DNA of 64,000 nt, from positions 739,884 to 803,883 of the forward strand of contig CAXXTY010000001.1 in the NCBI GenBank assembly GCA_963662825.2, in the 5' to 3' direction. Below are positions 1-10,757 of the stretch, piece by piece. Made by a program: the position numbers and the translations under genes. The stretch is from an uncultured Draconibacterium sp. (GTDB lineage: Bacteria > Bacteroidota > Bacteroidia > Bacteroidales > Prolixibacteraceae). The notes below the pieces were generated by a model. It was not told where the DNA came from. It made no database searches and was given only the letters and a program-made list of their open reading frames with translations. Positions within the stretch are counted from its first letter, which is position 1. Each line of letters begins with the position of its first letter.

Positions 1-371
1 TTGGTTGCCAGGTAAATTTTTTCTGCCAGGTTTCCTGAAGAAACCACTTCTGCAATCGAAGTTGTATCCGAAAGCCCTGACGATTCAACAATTATCGCTT
101 CGGGCCGGTGCTCATCAATAAAACTTTCGAGCGACCGCGTAAAAGTCCCCAGCAGGCAAACACAAAAAACCGATCCGTTTTTAATTTCCAGCAAACTAAA
201 ATTCCTGCTTGTTTTTTTCAAAAACACACCATCGATACTTGCAGGGGCAAATTCATTTTGAATAACCCCAATTCTTACCTCATCGGAATATTTCCCTAGG
301 ATTTGCTTCAGAAAGGTAGTTTTTCCGCTTCCCAAAAAACCGGAAATAATATGTAACGGAATTTTTTGCAT
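1..371 (-). CDS. CobW/COG0523-family GTPase metallochaperone, N-terminal part (gene runs off the left edge of the window)
   Basis: Absent from the ORF track because it is edge-truncated. Translating from the ATG at 369-371 gives MQKIPLHIISGFLGSGKTTFLKQILGKYSDEVRIGVIQNEFAPA, i.e. a P-loop GxxGxGKT followed by a VIxNEF motif typical of COG0523. Confidence 0.7.
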   Translation of the reverse strand, partial: MQKIPLHIISGFLGSGKTTFLKQILGKYSDEVRIGVIQNEFAPASIDGVFLKKTSRNFSLLEIKNGSVFCVCLLGTFTRSLESFIDEHRPEAIIVESSGLSDTTSIAEVVSSGNLAEKIYLAT

Positions 372-586
372 CGCTTGATTAAAAGTTTTTCAAACCCCGG
401 CAAAATTATAATTAAAACCGGCAAACCTGTTGACTTAAATTCAGAACAAGATAAATAAACCGTTAAAGAGGAAGAAGAATTCTGGCTAGCGGTTAAACTG
501 AACAGAAAATACAATATTTATTTTCCGTTACTTGGATAACAATTCCATAATCCTAACTTTAGGGCTGAAATCCTAAACTTAATTAA

Positions 587-1945
587 ATGTCGACTTCATT
601 TCTGATTTTTATCGTTATTTCCGCAGTTGCGCTTCTGCTTTTTCTGGTTTTAAAACTTAAAATCAGTGCATTTATTTCACTGTTAATCACTGCAATTTAT
701 GTTGGAATTATTGCCGGAATGCCTATAAACAACATTACCAAATCTATTCAGGACGGCATGGCCGGAACGCTTGGATTTGTTGCCACGGTAGTCGGGCTGG
801 GCGCCATTTTCGGACAGATGCTTGAAAGTTCGGGCGGGGCAGAATCGCTAGCGCATTACCTCGTAAAAAAGTTTGGTACCGACAAAGCTTCGTGGGCCAT
901 GGTAATTACCGGATTTATTGTTGCCATCCCGGTTTTTCTCGATGTGGGTTTTATCATCCTTGTCCCGATTATTTATGCACTTTCACGCGACACAAAAAAA
1001 TCGCTGCTTTACTACGGAATTCCTTTACTGGCAGGATTGGCAGTAACCCACAGTTTTATTCCTCCCACTCCGGGACCTGTTGCTGTAGCCGACATTGTAA
1101 ATGTTCAGCTCGGATGGGTAATTTTGCTGGGAATAATTTTGGGATTTCCAACGGCGATAATTGCAGGGCCAATCTGGGGAAAATACATTTCAAAAAAACT
1201 TTACATTGAACCGCCGGCAGAAATAAACCTTCAACAAAATAAAGACTACGACGAAAATAATCTGCCTTCGTTTCGTCTGATTGCCATGATAATTGCCGTT
1301 CCGTTGTTTTTAATTCTTGTGAACACATTTACATCACTGGCAGTTGACAAGGAACTGATTCAAAAATCAGTTTTTACCGATATTCTGGAATTTTTAGGAC
1401 ACCCGTTTTCTGCTTTAATAATTGCCACCTTAATTGCTATTTATCTGCTTTGTGTGCGCCGGGGAATGGAAAAACAAAAGATTTTGGATTTAAGCACCAA
1501 AGCGCTTGGGCCGGCAGGAATTATTATACTGATAACCGGCGCCGGTGGAGTTTTGAAACAAATTCTCGTGGATAGTGGTATCGGAAAAATCATGGCCGAG
1601 TCGATGGCCGGTTCGGCGCTCCCACCAATTTTACTGGCCTGGATTTTAGCCGCTGTCGTTCGAATAACTCAGGGTTCTGCAACGGTAGCGATGATTACTG
1701 CTGCCGGAATTATCGCACCTGTTTTAGGTGAATTCGGACTAAACGATCCCCAGCGGGCGCTCGTGGTTTTGTCAATCGCTTCGGGTGCAACCATACTTTC
1801 GCACGTTAACGACAGCGGATTCTGGCTTGTTGGAAAATATTTCGGAATGAACGAAAAACAAACCCTGCAATCGTGGACAGTGATGGAAACCATAATTGCT
1901 TTCTGCGGCCTTGGGTTTACAATGCTTGCCAGTTTGTTTTTTTAG
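587..1945 (+). CDS. GntP-family (gluconate/organic anion:H+) permease
   Basis: 452-aa polytopic membrane protein. GntP-like blocks FLDVGFIILVPI, SFIPPTPGP and ITQGSATVAMITAAGI; paralogous to the ORF at 31209-32528. Confidence 0.85.
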   Translation: MSTSFLIFIVISAVALLLFLVLKLKISAFISLLITAIYVGIIAGMPINNITKSIQDGMAGTLGFVATVVGLGAIFGQMLESSGGAESLAHYLVKKFGTDKASWAMVITGFIVAIPVFLDVGFIILVPIIYALSRDTKKSLLYYGIPLLAGLAVTHSFIPPTPGPVAVADIVNVQLGWVILLGIILGFPTAIIAGPIWGKYISKKLYIEPPAEINLQQNKDYDENNLPSFRLIAMIIAVPLFLILVNTFTSLAVDKELIQKSVFTDILEFLGHPFSALIIATLIAIYLLCVRRGMEKQKILDLSTKALGPAGIIILITGAGGVLKQILVDSGIGKIMAESMAGSALPPILLAWILAAVVRITQGSATVAMITAAGIIAPVLGEFGLNDPQRALVVLSIASGATILSHVNDSGFWLVGKYFGMNEKQTLQSWTVMETIIAFCGLGFTMLASLFF

Positions 1946-1978
1946 AATTAACAATGAAATAAGTTTTACAAAGCCATT

Positions 1979-2437
1979 TTGTTTACAATGATTTTTGATT
2001 TCAAACATTTTTCTGATTTAACGCTAAGCGAACTTTACGATATTCTGAAACTGCGTTCCGTAATTTTTGTGGTAGAACAAAATTGTGTTTACAACGATTT
2101 GGATGATTTGGACAAAGACGCTGTACATCTTTTTCTGAAAAAAAACAATGAAATTGTGGCTTACTCAAGGCTTTTAAAACCGGGAACTCGCTTTCCCGAT
2201 TTTTCGATAGGCCGCGTAGTAGTAAAAGAAACCGAACGCGGCACTTGGTTGGGAATTTTAATGATGAAAGAAGCGGTTCGTTTTCTTTTAGAAAAAGAAA
2301 ATGCACCGCGAATAAAAATTAGCGCTCAAAAATACCTGCAAAAATTTTATGAAAACCTGGGGTTCAAAATTGTAACTGAAGAATATCTCGAAGACGGAAT
2401 TCCACACTTCGGAATGATGTACGAAAAAAAGGATTAA
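1979..2437 (+). CDS. GNAT-family N-acetyltransferase (ElaA-like)
   Basis: 152 aa. LSELYDILKLRSVIFVVEQNCVYNDLD resembles the ElaA N-terminus; C-terminal acetyl-CoA-binding-like KFYENLGF. Confidence 0.75.
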   Translation: MFTMIFDFKHFSDLTLSELYDILKLRSVIFVVEQNCVYNDLDDLDKDAVHLFLKKNNEIVAYSRLLKPGTRFPDFSIGRVVVKETERGTWLGILMMKEAVRFLLEKENAPRIKISAQKYLQKFYENLGFKIVTEEYLEDGIPHFGMMYEKKD

Positions 2438-2438
2438 C

Positions 2439-2858
2439 TCAGGAGTTCCACAACAAATGATGCGAATGATTTATACGGAATGTTTTCCTGTTGCATTTTG
2501 GACAAATGGCTTTTTTCAGGCGGTGAATATTTGTAAGTTTTAACCTCGACCGGCACCCTGCACACCTGAAATCACTTCGATGAACTACTTTTTCGTTATT
2601 ATAAATTACAACCTCAATTTTATCGTGCAAAACCTTGCATTTCGGGCATTTATAAACCTGGAAACCGGCCTTTATAAATAAACCGGAATGTTCTTTTGCC
2701 AGTTTTTTTATGAGGTTGTGTGTTTTGTAATGAAAAAGCTGTGTACGCTGTTCCAGATAATCTTCAACCCGCTGCGAATGCACAAGAAAACCATGGCCTT
2801 GTTTGAAATCTTCTTCGTAGCCACAACGTTCACACCTGTAGGAATATGTATGCCCCAT
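2439..2858 (-). CDS. Hypothetical double zinc-ribbon protein (four CxxC pairs)
   Basis: 139 aa with CERC, CPKC, CAGC and CPKC pairs. No family recognised. Confidence 0.45.
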   Translation of the reverse strand: MGHTYSYRCERCGYEEDFKQGHGFLVHSQRVEDYLEQRTQLFHYKTHNLIKKLAKEHSGLFIKAGFQVYKCPKCKVLHDKIEVVIYNNEKVVHRSDFRCAGCRSRLKLTNIHRLKKAICPKCNRKTFRINHSHHLLWNS

Positions 2859-3104
2859 TTCAAACTAATTTCGAATAAAGTTAGCCAAAATAGCACTGAT
2901 TGTTAAGAAAATACAGAAACTTATAATTCACAATTTTCTCATCTTATCAACAAACGATTGTTTATGTTTTCTTTAATACGAACTACAAAATAATACTCGG
3001 AAGATGGGAACAATTGTATTTTCAAACTTTATCTATTTGCGCATTTTCATAAAATACTGAATAAGAAATTATCTTTCCTACTGTGTTTTCTCGGTATAAA
3101 CTGG

Positions 3105-4451
3105 TTAATCGAGCAGGTTTCCGGGAAGTTCTTTTGTTGATTTTGCTCCCAGTTTTTTAATTGTTTCAACTCTTTTTATAAGATTGCCGCTTCCTGTAGA
3201 TAATTTCCCCATGGCTGAATCATACGTTTTACGCGTTGCGTCGATACTTTTCCCGATACCTTCCATATCGGCTATAAAACCTACAAATTTATCGTAAAGA
3301 GCGCCACTTTGCCTTGCAATCTCTATGGCGTTCCGGGTTTGATTTTCCTGCTGCCAGATGGATGCAATAGTGCGCAAAGTTGCCAATAATGTCGACGGAC
3401 TAACAATTACCACTTTCTGATCCCAGGCAAATGAAAACAGTTCCTGATCTTCCTGTATGGCCACACTAAACGATGCTTCAACCGGAATAAACAACAACAC
3501 AAAATCGGGAGAATTTAATGTTTTGGCAGTTTGATAATGTTTTTCGCTTAGTCCTTTTATGTGTGATTTTAAACTCAGCAAATGCTCTTTGATGTGTGCA
3601 GCACGATCTTCTTCGGTGGTCGAATTAACTGCTCTTTCGTATGCAATGAGCGAAACTTTCGAGTCGATAATAATATGTTTGTTGTCGGGTAAATTAATTA
3701 CAATATCGGGTTGAATCCGTCTGCCGTCTTCCGATAAATCGCTGAATTGTTTCTGGTACCCCTGTTCCCCCTCGTTTAACCCTGAACGTTCGAGAATACG
3801 CTCCAACACCACTTCCCCCCAGTTTCCCTGTTTCTTTACATCGCCTTTTAAAGCCCGTGTTAAATTGTTGGCTTCTTCACTGATCTTAGAGTTTAAATCG
3901 TAGAGTTTTTTTAATTCGGCCCGCAAATCAGTTTGATCTTTTAACCCCTTTTGGTAGGTGTCTTCCACTTTCTTTTCAAAAAGCTGAATTTTTTCCTTTA
4001 ACGGATTTAAAACATCGCCCATATTTTTCTGATTGGCAGCTGTAAACTCCTCACTGTTTTTCTTCAGAATTTTGTTGGCGATATTTTCGAATTCGGTGGT
4101 AAATTTTTTCTGAATTTCTTCGAGCTCAGTTTTCTGTTCCTGCAGTTTCTTTTCCTGGTTTAAAAACTGAACCTTAGCATTTTCGAGCCGCACATTTAAC
4201 TGCGTATTTTCGTCCCTGTATTTTGCCAATTCGGCTTTCCATTCGTCTGCTTCAGTTTTTAAATTCTGAAAACGTTCTTCCAAAACCAAGCTTTGTTTTT
4301 CAGCCAAAACCTTTTGATCTTCCAAAACTTTCGATTTCTCCAGAAACTCATTTTGGATTTCAGCCTGTTTTTTCTGACTTCTCGAATTAACCAGTAAAAA
4401 TCCGGTAAAACCGCCGAGAATAATTCCGGCAAGAAGATAAATAAATTCCAT
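3105..4451 (-). CDS. rmuC: DNA recombination protein RmuC
   Basis: 448 aa. N-terminal TM helix, long coiled coil, and a C-terminal RmuC nuclease-like block (DIVINLPDNKHIIIDSKVSL, VLLFIPVE). Confidence 0.9.
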   Translation of the reverse strand: MEFIYLLAGIILGGFTGFLLVNSRSQKKQAEIQNEFLEKSKVLEDQKVLAEKQSLVLEERFQNLKTEADEWKAELAKYRDENTQLNVRLENAKVQFLNQEKKLQEQKTELEEIQKKFTTEFENIANKILKKNSEEFTAANQKNMGDVLNPLKEKIQLFEKKVEDTYQKGLKDQTDLRAELKKLYDLNSKISEEANNLTRALKGDVKKQGNWGEVVLERILERSGLNEGEQGYQKQFSDLSEDGRRIQPDIVINLPDNKHIIIDSKVSLIAYERAVNSTTEEDRAAHIKEHLLSLKSHIKGLSEKHYQTAKTLNSPDFVLLFIPVEASFSVAIQEDQELFSFAWDQKVVIVSPSTLLATLRTIASIWQQENQTRNAIEIARQSGALYDKFVGFIADMEGIGKSIDATRKTYDSAMGKLSTGSGNLIKRVETIKKLGAKSTKELPGNLLD

Positions 4452-4533
4452 CAGGGTAAAATTTAAGCATAAAAAAACCGGTACAATTTAACCAAATCGC
4501 ACCAGTTTTAATGTATTTTTTAGAAAAGATTGG

Positions 4534-5616
4534 TTACCACTTGTAAACGATGGAATTGATGTTCATTCCTGCACCAACCGAGCAAAGAATGGTGTAATCG
4601 CCTTCGTTCACTTCTTGTCCTTCAATTTTTCCTTTTAAAACCAAATCGAGTAGAGTAGGAACTGTAGCTGTGGATGAATTTCCCAATTTTCGGATACTCA
4701 TTGGCATAATTCCTTCGGGAATGTGTTTTTCGCGGTAAAGTTTGAACACACCGTTCAGAATGGCCTCGTCCATTTTTTCGTTGGCCTGATGAATAAACAC
4801 TTTTTTGATGTCGCTCAAATCGAGCCCGGCTTTTTCAATACTCTCCTTTACCACGCCGGGAACAGTATTAATGGCGTAAATATAAAGTTTGTGGCCGGCC
4901 ATTTTTATAAAAAATTCGTCGCTTTCGAATTCAGGATTGCTTGATTCACCCAAAGTTAAAAGGTTGGCATAAGTAACCGAATCGGAACGACTGGCGTGCG
5001 AAATAATACCGATAGGTTCATCGCTTTCAATGGCTTCAACCACTGTAGCCCCAGCACCGTCGGCATAAATCATGGTATCGCGATCGTGCGGATCCGAAAT
5101 ACGAGAAAGTACATCAGCACCAACCACAACGCCGCGTTTCATAAAACCGCTTTTTATGTATGCATCGGCTACAATCATTCCCTGTGTCCAGCCCGGGCAG
5201 CCCGAAATCACATCGTGGCAAATGCACGACGGATTTTTAATGTGAAGTTTCATTTTCACTTTATTGGCCAGAGCAGGCAAAATATCGGTTCTGTTGTTGC
5301 CTTCCTTAATATCGCCAAAGTTATGTGCAACAATAATAAAATCGAGGCTTTCCTCAGTAATTCCAGCCGATTTGCAGGCATCTTTAATTGCCAAAGCTGC
5401 CAAATCAGAAGTCATCTGATCTTCAGCAACGTATCGTCTTTCTTCAATATTCGTAATTTCCTGAAATTTCTGAATAATTTCTTCGTTCGATTTTTCCAGC
5501 TTCTTTTTTGAGGAAAGATCAAAAAATTCGTTGTTCTGAAAATGGCTGTTTTTTATCACTTGCGGAGGCAGATAACTTCCTGTCCCAATAATACGGGTAT
5601 AAATTTTCTTTGTCAT
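4534..5616 (-). CDS. 3-oxoacyl-ACP synthase III family protein (FabH-like)
   Basis: 360 aa. Catalytic-triad context SGCPGW (Cys), IHQAN (His), GNSS (Asn). Confidence 0.85.
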   Translation of the reverse strand: MTKKIYTRIIGTGSYLPPQVIKNSHFQNNEFFDLSSKKKLEKSNEEIIQKFQEITNIEERRYVAEDQMTSDLAALAIKDACKSAGITEESLDFIIVAHNFGDIKEGNNRTDILPALANKVKMKLHIKNPSCICHDVISGCPGWTQGMIVADAYIKSGFMKRGVVVGADVLSRISDPHDRDTMIYADGAGATVVEAIESDEPIGIISHASRSDSVTYANLLTLGESSNPEFESDEFFIKMAGHKLYIYAINTVPGVVKESIEKAGLDLSDIKKVFIHQANEKMDEAILNGVFKLYREKHIPEGIMPMSIRKLGNSSTATVPTLLDLVLKGKIEGQEVNEGDYTILCSVGAGMNINSIVYKW

Positions 5617-5641
5617 AATTACTTCAACATCTATTCTTTCG

Positions 5642-6391
5642 CTACTCCTTAAAAATTTTCAATTCAAATTTCTCACCGTCAAAAACACCAAAGGAATTAT
5701 AATTTATCCAGTCGCCAAGTAAGATAAAATTCGTTTTACTGTCTATTTTTTCATTCACCATTTGATGCCGGTGTCCAAAGATAAAATAATCTACGTACTC
5801 CTTTTGTAAATAGTTTGCGGCAAATTTGTACATACCTTCATTCTTAACCTTAAATTCTTCTTTCTCATCCATTTTTCCCAAACGGCTTGATTTTGACCAT
5901 TTGTGGGCAATATAAAAGGCGAAGTTGGGATGCAGTCGTGAAAAGAGCCACTGCAAGGTTTTATTTACAAAAATCTTTTTCAAGAAAAGATAACCTTTGT
6001 CGTCCGGATCAAATCCGTCGCCGTGGGCAAGAAAAAACTTTTTCCCGTTTATTTCAGTTATAAATTCTTTTCGGTGGAGAATCACCCCTGTTTCTCCAGG
6101 AAGATAATCGAACACCCAAACATCGTGGTTTCCGGTAAAAAAATGAACGGGAATTCCCCTGTCGGTTAATCCGGCTATTCGACTTAAAATACGCGAAAAT
6201 CCGCGTGGCGCTACTTTTTTATATTCGTACCAGAAATCGAAAATATCACCCAAAAGGAACAATGCAGAAACATCGTTTTCAATTGAATCGAGCCAACGCG
6301 CAAAACGCAATTCCCGCTCCCGGTTATTTTTTAAAGCCGGCGCGCCAAGATGAACGTCGGAAACAAAATATATTTTCCCTTTTACTGGCAA
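5642..6391 (-). CDS. lpxH: UDP-2,3-diacylglucosamine diphosphatase
   Basis: 249 aa calcineurin-like phosphoesterase. Motifs VSDVHLG, LGDIFDFW, GNHD and GHRH match the LpxH pattern. Confidence 0.8.
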   Translation of the reverse strand: MPVKGKIYFVSDVHLGAPALKNNRERELRFARWLDSIENDVSALFLLGDIFDFWYEYKKVAPRGFSRILSRIAGLTDRGIPVHFFTGNHDVWVFDYLPGETGVILHRKEFITEINGKKFFLAHGDGFDPDDKGYLFLKKIFVNKTLQWLFSRLHPNFAFYIAHKWSKSSRLGKMDEKEEFKVKNEGMYKFAANYLQKEYVDYFIFGHRHQMVNEKIDSKTNFILLGDWINYNSFGVFDGEKFELKIFKE

Positions 6392-6436
6392 TTTCTGCTG
6401 TTTTTAATGCTTTTCTGACAAAAAAGCTAAGTTGGC

Positions 6437-7591
6437 TTATTTAAAAACACCGGCAAGCGCACGGTCTAATGCCGGCCCGGTAAGATTTTGCGCAACGATA
6501 ACCCCATCTTTATCTAACAGATAATTGTACGGAACGGCCTTAATGTTATACGTTTGAACGGCTCTGGCGCTTCCTTTCATATCACCAACATTTATCCAGG
6601 TTAACTGATCCTTGTCGATGGCATCGACCCATTCAATTCTGTTTTCGTCGATACTTACCTGGTAAATCTCGAAACCTTTGCTTTTGTATTTTTTATAAGC
6701 TTCAACCAAAACCGGATTTAAAATTCTGGAACCCTGATCAACAGCTGCCCAAAACTGGACCAAAACAACTTTCCCCCGGAGCGAGGAAAGTGCAACTTCT
6801 TTTCCATCGACATTGGGTAACACGATATCCGGACTGTTTTCACCATTTTCCTGAATAAATTTCTGCATGTTAGCGCTCGACTGATTTTTCAGTAACTGCA
6901 ACGTATTTGCATAAAGAGCTTTAACATGTTCCGACTGCGGGTAAACTGAATTCAGTGCAGAGGCAGCCACACGCATGGTTTGCAAATCGCTGATAACATA
7001 ATTCTGCCCGTCGAATTTCTGGTACAACGCTAAAATACTGGCCATCGAAAACGGATTGTCCATTACAAACTTTTTTGAAAAATCAATTTGATCCTGAACA
7101 GCCTGATCGTATTCTTTTTCCCATTGTTCCTTTTTCAGTTCGTAATCCGGGTTGCCTCTGTACAAATTGTTCAGAGAACTTAACGAATCGAGTGTATGCC
7201 GGGTTGAAGCCAGTTTTTTATTCAAATCCTGAACCAATTTTGAACCGGACGAACCTTCAATAAAATAATCATCGGAAAAGTTGGTAAAATCGGCATTCAC
7301 AGTAATTTTATCAGTTGAATCCACCAGCAAAGTAATAAATTTCCCTTCATCCAGTTTTAAAAGATAAAAGGCAGGAATACCAGTTTTTCCTTTTAATTTA
7401 TAGTCTCCGCTATCATCAATTTTAGCCGAATCAACCAGATTTGTAGAACTCAGCAGCAACTCTTCAAGATAAATAGTTTTACCCTCGGCATGGGTAATTT
7501 TTCCCTGAACCACAAACTGATTGTCTTTTTTACAACCGTTCACAAACACTGCTGCCAGAGCTACAACTACTAAAAATCTGATAATCTTCAT
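6437..7591 (-). CDS. TlpA/AhpC-family thiol-disulfide oxidoreductase lipoprotein with an N-terminal DUF4369-like domain
   Basis: Thioredoxin-fold C-terminus (VVLVQFWAA...). I prefer the start at MKIIRFLVVVALAAVFVNGC (lipobox) over the upstream ATG at 7663. Confidence 0.75.
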   Translation of the reverse strand: MKIIRFLVVVALAAVFVNGCKKDNQFVVQGKITHAEGKTIYLEELLLSSTNLVDSAKIDDSGDYKLKGKTGIPAFYLLKLDEGKFITLLVDSTDKITVNADFTNFSDDYFIEGSSGSKLVQDLNKKLASTRHTLDSLSSLNNLYRGNPDYELKKEQWEKEYDQAVQDQIDFSKKFVMDNPFSMASILALYQKFDGQNYVISDLQTMRVAASALNSVYPQSEHVKALYANTLQLLKNQSSANMQKFIQENGENSPDIVLPNVDGKEVALSSLRGKVVLVQFWAAVDQGSRILNPVLVEAYKKYKSKGFEIYQVSIDENRIEWVDAIDKDQLTWINVGDMKGSARAVQTYNIKAVPYNYLLDKDGVIVAQNLTGPALDRALAGVFK

Positions 7592-7761
7592 ACTGTATAA
7601 ATTAAAGCCCGTAAAATTAACAATTTTGGGTTTATCAAAAATAACAAAAGCCGAAAATAACATATTTTAAAGATTTAGTTTCCAATTCTGAATTTTTACC
7701 TGAATTTTGTGTCCATCTCACGAAAAAAGTTTATGTTCGCTTTTTTTGAGGAAATAGACAG

Positions 7762-8694
7762 GTGAAAACGCACAGCGATTTAACAGATTTTCAGGCTAAA
7801 AACCCCGTGGTTACCATTGGAACTTTTGATGGTGTTCACCTTGGGCACCGCATTGTGATTGAACGATTGAAAGAGTATGCAAAAAAATACGGCGGCGAAA
7901 CGGTTATTTTTACGTTTTACCCGCACCCGCGCCTGATTACTTCGCCTGAGGAAACCAATCTGCGCCTGCTGACTACCCTTGAAGAAAAAAAACAACATTT
8001 TGCAGAACTGGGCATCGACCATCTGATTATTTACCCGTTTACAAAAGAATTTTCTGAACTTACCTACACCGAATTTGTAAAGCAAATTCTGGTCGACAAA
8101 ATAGGGACACATTGTCTTGTTGTTGGCTACGATCATAAATTTGGAAAAAACCGGGAAGGTGGTTTTGAATACCTGCAACAATGTGCCAGCAAATACAATT
8201 TTGAAATAGAAAAACTGGAACCGCTGCTCATCGACAACATTCACATCAGTTCAACACGAATAAGACAGGCATTGCAGGATGGCGACATTAAAACAGCCAA
8301 CCATTACCTGGGTTACGAATTTACTTTGCACGGTTCGGTGGTTGAAGGTCAGCGGGTTGGCCGAAAAATAGGTTTTCCAACGGCAAATATCGAGTCGTCC
8401 GACGTACATAAATTAATTCCCGGCTACGGTGTTTACGCTGTAAAAATTACTCTTGAAGGGAAAAAATATAACGGAATGCTCAACATTGGCACCCGACCAA
8501 CTTTTAATCAAAATGCCGATAGCCGAAGTATCGAAGTAAACATTTTTGATTTCGACGGCGACATTTACAACAAGGAAATTACTTTGTTTTTTGTGGATAA
8601 AATTAGAAACGAACAGAAATTCAGCGGTGTTGATACGTTGGTTAAACAGCTGAAAAAAGATAAAATTACTGCATTCGAAATCCTTTCCGAATAA
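7762..8694 (+). CDS. ribF: Bifunctional riboflavin kinase / FMN adenylyltransferase
   Basis: 310 aa with a GTG start. Motifs GTFDGVHLGH, and GFPTAN plus the riboflavin kinase C-terminus. Confidence 0.9.
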   Translation: MKTHSDLTDFQAKNPVVTIGTFDGVHLGHRIVIERLKEYAKKYGGETVIFTFYPHPRLITSPEETNLRLLTTLEEKKQHFAELGIDHLIIYPFTKEFSELTYTEFVKQILVDKIGTHCLVVGYDHKFGKNREGGFEYLQQCASKYNFEIEKLEPLLIDNIHISSTRIRQALQDGDIKTANHYLGYEFTLHGSVVEGQRVGRKIGFPTANIESSDVHKLIPGYGVYAVKITLEGKKYNGMLNIGTRPTFNQNADSRSIEVNIFDFDGDIYNKEITLFFVDKIRNEQKFSGVDTLVKQLKKDKITAFEILSE

Positions 8695-9810
8695 TTAATT
8701 CTTTATCAATACACAGGAAACCGGCAAATGATCCGACATGTGAAAATCGATGGTTTTGAAATTATAGGAATCAAAACCGTCGTTGTGTAAAATGTAATCG
8801 ATTCGAAACGAAGGTAGTTTGCCAATATAAGTTCGCCCGATTCCATGCCCCGATTCTACAAATGCATCCTGCAGTTTTCCCTTCAGTTTATGATAAGCAA
8901 ACGAACAGGGAGTGTCGTTAAAATCGCCGCAAACCATTACTTTGTATGGCGATTCATCGATGTATTTTCTGATTTGGCGAACCTGTTCAGCCCGAAGTTC
9001 ACAGGCAGTTCTGTATTTCATACTTATTTCGAGAACTTCCTGAATATCTTTCTCTTCGGTCAAATCGGGTGAGTCAATCACTGAATACCGGTTGGGATCG
9101 ATGTGATAACTTTGAAGGTGTACATTAAAAATCCGAATGGTGTCTTTTTGAATCAAAACATCGGTGTAAATCGACATATTCCGTGAATTTTCAAATCTGA
9201 TTTCGCCCATCGCAATTATCGGGTAGCGGGTCATAGTTACCGAACCGTATGTTGTGCTCGACCTTGCGTATTGATAGTGACTGATATTTTCGAGTTTATC
9301 CACAGCATTCTTCAGATTAAAAATACTATTCTTTCGCAACCTGACCTCCTGAAGACAAATTATATCGGCTTGTTGTTCGTCCAGAAAATCAACAATTTTT
9401 TCTGCCACATCTTTCTGGTCTACTTTGCCATCTCCCTGAAAATGCTTTACGTTGTACGAAAGGATTTTAATTCCGTTTTCATCGGTAGATTTTCCTTTAA
9501 TTTGAAAATACCGGCTGACAAATCCCCACCCGAGCAAAATTGTAAAAAACGATAAAAACAGGTATTTGGGTTTGGTAAAAAGCCATAAAAAAATAAAAAG
9601 AAGGTTTACCAGTAAAATAAAAGGGTAAGCAAGACCAAACAATGTCGGAATCCACCATTTATCCGGAGGGATAACGGTGGAAATGTACGAGGCCAGAAGT
9701 GAAAAAATCGCAATTATATTCAATCCCAGCAAAAAATATTTTCCCGCTTTTTTCAACTTGTTTCTGTTTTCACTTGGGTGCAAGATAAAAAAAAACCTGA
9801 CATCCCGCAT
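8695..9810 (-). CDS. Endonuclease/exonuclease/phosphatase (EEP) family membrane protein
   Basis: 371 aa. N-terminal TM helices, then EEP motifs (ILSYNV, CLQEV, GDFND, SDHLPV). Confidence 0.75.
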   Translation of the reverse strand: MRDVRFFFILHPSENRNKLKKAGKYFLLGLNIIAIFSLLASYISTVIPPDKWWIPTLFGLAYPFILLVNLLFIFLWLFTKPKYLFLSFFTILLGWGFVSRYFQIKGKSTDENGIKILSYNVKHFQGDGKVDQKDVAEKIVDFLDEQQADIICLQEVRLRKNSIFNLKNAVDKLENISHYQYARSSTTYGSVTMTRYPIIAMGEIRFENSRNMSIYTDVLIQKDTIRIFNVHLQSYHIDPNRYSVIDSPDLTEEKDIQEVLEISMKYRTACELRAEQVRQIRKYIDESPYKVMVCGDFNDTPCSFAYHKLKGKLQDAFVESGHGIGRTYIGKLPSFRIDYILHNDGFDSYNFKTIDFHMSDHLPVSCVLIKN

Positions 9811-9880
9811 CTCCCGTTCTTTTCAGTTGTTAACAATTACGGAAACCGGCTGAATTGCAAAAGAATAAAATTCGCAGTTT

Positions 9881-10720
9881 TCAGATTTCGCAACGAAGCA
9901 TTCGGTTTTTACCCTGCAGATCGATTTTAATCTGAATATTTCTGAATCCCAAATCCGACAATAAACCCGTCATTTCAGCCCCTAAATATTCATTGATTTC
10001 AAAATATAACGAACCTCCGGTTTTAAGATTTTGAAGAGCAAATTTTGCTATCTCACGGTAAAAAATCAGTGGATCGGAATCGGAAACAAACAAAGCAGAA
10101 GCCGGCTCAAATTCCAAAACATTGGAATGCATCCTGGCTTTTTCAAGTTCCCTTACATAAGGAGGATTGCTTACAATTACCTCATACTTTTCCCAGATTC
10201 CCGATCTCCAATGTAAAATGTCGGCATGTATAAATTCAACTTTCAGCTGGTATTTCGCCGCATTTTCTGCCGCTGTTTCCAGGGCCTTTTCCGAAACATC
10301 GACTGCAAAAACCTGCGAATCGGGGATTTCACTTTTTAACGCCAGCGCAATACAACCACTGCCGGTACCAATATCAATAATTTTCGGCGTTTTGTTTTTT
10401 TCATAACTTAAAATCCACTGAACTAACTCTTCGGTTTCGGGTCGCGGAATTAAAACGGAAGGATTTACATTCAACTTTAATCCATAAAACTCTGTTTCAC
10501 CTAAAATGTATTGCAGCGGTTCAAAACTTTTCAACCGCTGAACTATCGATTCAATTTCCTTTCTTTCTGAATCCGGGATTTTTTCATTCTTCCGTAAAAC
10601 AAACTGTGTATAATTTATTCCGCAAACATGCTCAGCAATTATTCTCACAAAACCCTGAATTTCGGTTTTAGGAAACAATCCCTGCAATTCTTTTTCGATA
10701 TATTGAATAACCGCCTGCAT
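9881..10720 (-). CDS. prmC: Peptide chain release factor N5-glutamine methyltransferase
   Basis: HemK/PrmC motifs IDIGTGSGCIA and SNPPY. The start is trimmed to MQAVIQYIEKE at 10720, because the upstream extension overlaps ribD. Confidence 0.85.
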   Translation of the reverse strand: MQAVIQYIEKELQGLFPKTEIQGFVRIIAEHVCGINYTQFVLRKNEKIPDSERKEIESIVQRLKSFEPLQYILGETEFYGLKLNVNPSVLIPRPETEELVQWILSYEKNKTPKIIDIGTGSGCIALALKSEIPDSQVFAVDVSEKALETAAENAAKYQLKVEFIHADILHWRSGIWEKYEVIVSNPPYVRELEKARMHSNVLEFEPASALFVSDSDPLIFYREIAKFALQNLKTGGSLYFEINEYLGAEMTGLLSDLGFRNIQIKIDLQGKNRMLRCEI

Positions 10721-10757
10721 TGTGTTACTTTTACGCAAATTTAGTTTTTCCGGCGGA

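Noticed and set aside
10721-10757. FMN riboswitch upstream of ribD
   Set aside because: Only about 37 nt separate the divergent prmC and ribD starts, far too short for an FMN aptamer.
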